Shown here: piece by piece, positions 59,988 to 64,000 of the stretch
Numbering within the stretch: position 1 is the first letter of the stretch
Layout: each line of letters starts with the position of its first letter
Source of the DNA: Macrostomum lignano
Taxonomy: Eukaryota
NCBI GenBank assembly: GCA_002269645.1
Contig: NIVC01000177.1
Coordinates: 62,001 to 126,000, forward strand
DNA: 64,000 bases
Direction: 5' to 3'
Position numbers and translations under genes: made by a program
The notes under the pieces: generated by a model
The model's input: the letters and a program-made list of their open reading frames with translations, nothing else
Database searches by the model: none
Told to the model about the DNA's origin: nothing

Positions 59988-61389
59988 AAATCAGTTATAG
60001 GCCTATAAAGTTATCAGTAAATACAAAGCGCAATATAAAGTTTACCTCGTAAATGTCCATGGCTGAAATGATTTAAAGACTAAACGACCTGTTACTAGAC
60101 ATTTATTGATTATTTATTCTGATTATATAAAATATTATGACAAAAATGAAGACAAAGCTTTGTAATGTAATAAATTCATCGATGTTGTCCTTGCTCCTTG
60201 TCCATTCCAGGGCCTATCAATATCATATAGGCAAGGTCCCTTACCTTTAGTCTTTGGACTTAACTGCGGTATACAGGCTTCTAGCCCCTAGGCATTTTCC
60301 AATTTTGGTAGATGGTATCCAAGCATGGATTGGCCTAGATGTAGAAGTGGCATGGTATATGTGATAAGCCTACGGTATTACCATATTGGTAAGGTGGGTA
60401 GAAGCCTAGAAACAAAGGAAATGCAGCAAGATTTTGGAAGGATAGCAAGGAAATATTTAAGAAACAGTAAGTTAGGAAAAGGTATAGCAAAACAAGGAGA
60501 AATACAATGCATACAATGCAGCAAGGCAAAAAGAAAAGCAATGTAACAAGGCAAAGAGAAATTCAATATAGTGTGGCAAAGTTAATATAGGAGTCTGGTC
60601 TGGTATACTCAAGTTAGTTGTGCTGCAAAGGAGCCATATAAGTTTAGTTTTTCAAATTGCCTATGAACATTAAATAAATTAAAACATCTTTATTTGGTTG
60701 TGAACTTTTATCAAAAAATTGTCAAAAATCATTAATTGTCAAAGTTAAAAGAAAAAAGAGATATGATGATTTTTAAGTGGGCCAAAAGCTGCAAATTGCT
60801 ATTCTAAAGTTTCAAAGGACCAAGAGTCAGGTAAAGACTTTGCTCGCTATTCATATTTGTAGCCTATAAGCCTGAGTTTTTTCAACCATTATTATTAGCT
60901 TGTCTTAAAAGTAGATTAATAAAGTGCAATCCATTTTTATATTTAGTTATTTTTTATTTATTTAGAACATTTTTTTAATTTGAATACTTGTAGTATATTC
61001 TAATTTTAGATCTAATTAAATTCATCTATAATGTAATGCATATCTTTCAAATTAGCATTGTAGGCTTAAGGAGTACGATGAAAATTAGATAATATATGAT
61101 TTTTATAACAAAATATTATTTTTAATTCATGTAGGTTTTATAGAAGCTTAGATAAATACTTTGTTTCACTTTGCTCTTCATTAAAGCTACATATTATATC
61201 GCAGAATAAGTATTGTGATTGATGTCAGAATTAATAATTCAATAATTTTAATACCTTATCTAAAATATAAAAATATCTTCACAGCTTGCAAAACCAATCA
61301 CACAAAAATAACTGCATGTAATATGCCTGAATGAAAAATGAAATTTGATTTCCTGTGTGGCAAACCTTCCTACTATGCCTCAGCTATAA

Positions 61390-63031
61390 ATGGAGGAAGA
61401 GTACAGTTTGCCTCCAGATGCATCTGTTGTGCGGCCAACAGTCTCTAGTAGCAGCAGCACCACTTCACCAGAGACCGAAAGTTTCTATAGTGAGCCATTG
61501 AAGGCTAGCGGCAGTGGAGTTTTCAAGCATCATCCAGCTAGTCCGTTTGAACTGGTGGCGCAGAAGTCGCCTAACAGTGGCGGGCCATCTGTGGAAGTTG
61601 GCTTTGGTACTGGCGCCAATCATGCTGGGAACAGTGAAGCCAAAGCACCATGCCCCCAACTGAAACCTGTGCACAAAGTTGGAACTGTTGGTTAGTTTAT
61701 TTACTATTGATTTTATCTTTCTCTTTCTTTATTCTAATCAGACAGGAAATTGCTATTTTTCTCTATTGATAATAAAATTGCTGTTACAAGACCTTACAAT
61801 AGTGCACTATAGTGTATGTTGACTATAGTTGGAATCCCGTTTTGTAATCAAAATTCCATCGTCAAGTCAGGTTCCCGTCATTAATCATCAAGTCAGGATC
61901 CCGTCATTAATCATCAAGTCAACATCACGTCGTTAATCATCAATTCAAGATCCCGTCATTAATCATCATGTCAAGATCCCGTCATTTATCATCAAGTCAA
62001 GATCCCGTCATTAATCATCAAGTCAAGATCCCGTCATTAATCATCAATTCAAGATCCCGTCATTAATCATCAAGTCAAGATCCCGTCATTAATCATCAAG
62101 TCAAGATCCCGTCATTAATCATCAAGTCAAGATCCCGTCATTAATTATCAAGTCAGGATCCCGTCATTAATCATCAAGTCAACATCACGTCGTTAATCAT
62201 CAATTCAAGATCCCGTCATTAATCATCAAGTCAAGATCCCGTCATTAATCATCAAGTCAAGATCCCGTCATTAATCATCAAGTCAAGATCCCGTCATTAA
62301 TCATCAAGTCAAGATCCCGTCATTAATCATCAATTTAAGATCCCGTCATTAATCATCAAGTCAAGATCCCGTCATTAATCATCAAGTCAAGATCCCGTCA
62401 TTAATCATCAAGTCAAGATCCCGTCATTAATTATCAAGTCAGGATCCCGTCATTAATTATCAAGTCAGGATCCCGTCATTAATCATTAAGTCAAGATCCC
62501 GTCATTAATTATCAAGTCAAGATCCCGTCATTCAGAATATTTTTTGTCTACCCTGCCTACTCGACTGCAGCAGCGTCCAGCTGGACCCCAGTCGATCCCA
62601 ACCTGCCGCTATCCGAGCAGCCCTGGTTCCACCCTGGCCCTGGCATGGACCGGCAGACCGCTGAGCAGCTTCTCCGGCCCCATCCCGAAGGCGCATTCCT
62701 GGTCCGCTGCTGTCAAACAGCTGACAGCTCGGCTGATCAGCAGCAGCGGCAGTACTCACTGAGCCTGCGCGGCCGTCACGGCCAGCAGTGCATTCACATG
62801 CGCATCGAGCGCACCCAGCAGGGTCAGTACGTGCTCGGCCAGTATTCCCAGCCATTCACATCCGTGCCGCTAATGATTCGCCACTACGGCGAGCACCTGT
62901 TGCCAATTAAAGGCATTGATAGAATTATCCTGGGCATGCCGGTTGTAGCCAGCGGCAAGTCCGCCACCAAGGACGCCAAATCGGCAGGGGAGCCGCCTGG
63001 AGACAATCAGGCTTCAACTACTCAGCTCTAA
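61390..63031 (+). CDS. SH2-domain adaptor of the SHB/SHD/SHE/SHF family, 253 aa
   Basis: Exons 61390-61690 and 62571-63031 (phase 1, GTTAGT..CTGCAG), total 762 nt. N-terminal YSLP/YSEP motifs; VDPNLPLSEQPWFH..AEQLLRPHPEGAFLVR..YSLSL..HMRI..YVLGQYSQPFTSVP.MIRHY..LPIKG is typical of the SHB-family C-terminal SH2. Confidence 0.85.
61860..62532. repeat. 26-bp minisatellite (AATCATCAAGTCAAGATCCCGTCATT)n in the SH2-gene intron
   Basis: Visible 26-bp period. Confidence 0.96.
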
Positions 63032-63179
63032 ATATCATGTGTATAACATTTTCCACTCAGCTTCATCCAGTCATTGAAGTCAATCTTAAAGCTTGAAAAC
63101 TGGGCTACTTGCTATCTATGCAATGCAAATTAGCTTTTAGCCTGATAATATCGTTGGAAGATGCAGGTTCTGTCGGTCT

Positions 63180-63647
63180 TGACCGTAGACAATGCAAACT
63201 ACATTTCAGTCATAATATCGTAACACGCGCAAGCCTGTTGGTTTTGGCCATAGACAATGCTAATATTGATTACACGCATAGGTCTGTCTGTCTTGGCCAT
63301 AGACTTAGACAATGCAAACTATATTTCAGTCAGATAATACTGATTACACGCATAGGTCTGTAGGTCTTGGCCATAGACAATGCAAACTATATTTTAGTCA
63401 GACCATACTGATTAGGTCTGTGGGTCTTGGCCATAGACAATGCAAACTATATATCAGTCAGATAATACTGATTAGGTCTGTGGGTCTTGGCCATAGACAA
63501 TGCAAACTATATTTCAGTCAGATAATACTGATTACACGCATAGGTCTGTGGGTCTTGGCCATAGACAATGCAAACTAGATTTCAGTCAGATAATACTGAT
63601 TACACGCATAGGTCTGTGGGTCTTGGCCATAGACAATGCAAACTATG
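63180..63647. repeat. 60/68-bp minisatellite (GGTCTGTGGGTCTTGGCCATAGACAATGCAAACTATATTTCAGTCAGATAATACTGATTA[CACGCATA])n
   Basis: Visible period with an optional 8-bp insert. Confidence 0.92.
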
Positions 63648-64000
63648 CATAGTAGAGGCGTGAGTTTCGACCATAGACGAAGGTTTTCCCTCAATTTTTA
63701 ATCCTGCAGCTCAGCCAATTAGCTTGAGTCCAATTTAGAAATGAATTGCAATCGATAAGAATCTACAGGTTCGATTTCATTAAAGTACTTATCATCACTT
63801 TTAGTCTATGGTCAAAAGCCTGAGCTGGTTGGCATAGCCTGGGAAGTGCCTGTACTTATCAGTGCATATTGAGTCAGATATTTTGGCAGCTTTTGATTTT
63901 GTTTTTGAGCTCTCTAATAAATAGAATTTTAATGGTTCTTAGTCAAAGTTTTGTTTGGCTGCCAAGTGTGGCTTATACGAGTATGAATGCAAGTTCAATA

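Noticed and set aside
60325-60600. CIQC..CGKVNIGVW resembling a piggyBac C-terminal Cys-rich domain
   Set aside because: Split across frames with stops, and no DDD core or TTAA-flanked TIRs seen; too weak without a search.

Overview
Eukaryotic (animal) genomic DNA, not prokaryotic. Very GC-rich exons sit in AT-rich intergenic DNA and minisatellite-filled introns, with GT-AG splicing. This architecture most resembles a free-living flatworm such as Macrostomum (inference only; no search was run). I could assemble five recognisable spliced genes exon by exon with in-phase GT-AG junctions: NOMO (nodal modulator, -, 5 exons, about 1217 aa), SHOC2/Sur-8 (-, 4 exons, 609 aa), MPI (mannose-6-phosphate isomerase, -, 3 exons, 416 aa), ADAP/centaurin-alpha (-, 2 exons, 392 aa) and an SHB/SHD/SHE/SHF-family SH2 adaptor (+, 2 exons, 253 aa). 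There are also two unrecognised intronless candidates: a 557-aa Mab-21/cGAS-like protein whose catalytic acids look degenerate (246..1919) and an 83-aa signal-peptide plus single-TM microprotein (5259..5510). The rest is about 20 different 16-68 bp minisatellites, three copies of a tRNA-headed SINE with a MIR-like CORE domain, decayed mariner and hAT transposase genes, and several non-autonomous DNA transposons whose TIRs and 8- or 9-bp target-site duplications can be read directly. The most notable observations are the putative cGLR/Mab-21 pseudoenzyme, YAG acceptors 5-14 nt before most start codons (trans-splicing/operon-like), a fold-back satellite in SHOC2 intron 1, a composite hAT element and a cargo-carrying MULE-like element. 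All family assignments come from motif recognition by eye.
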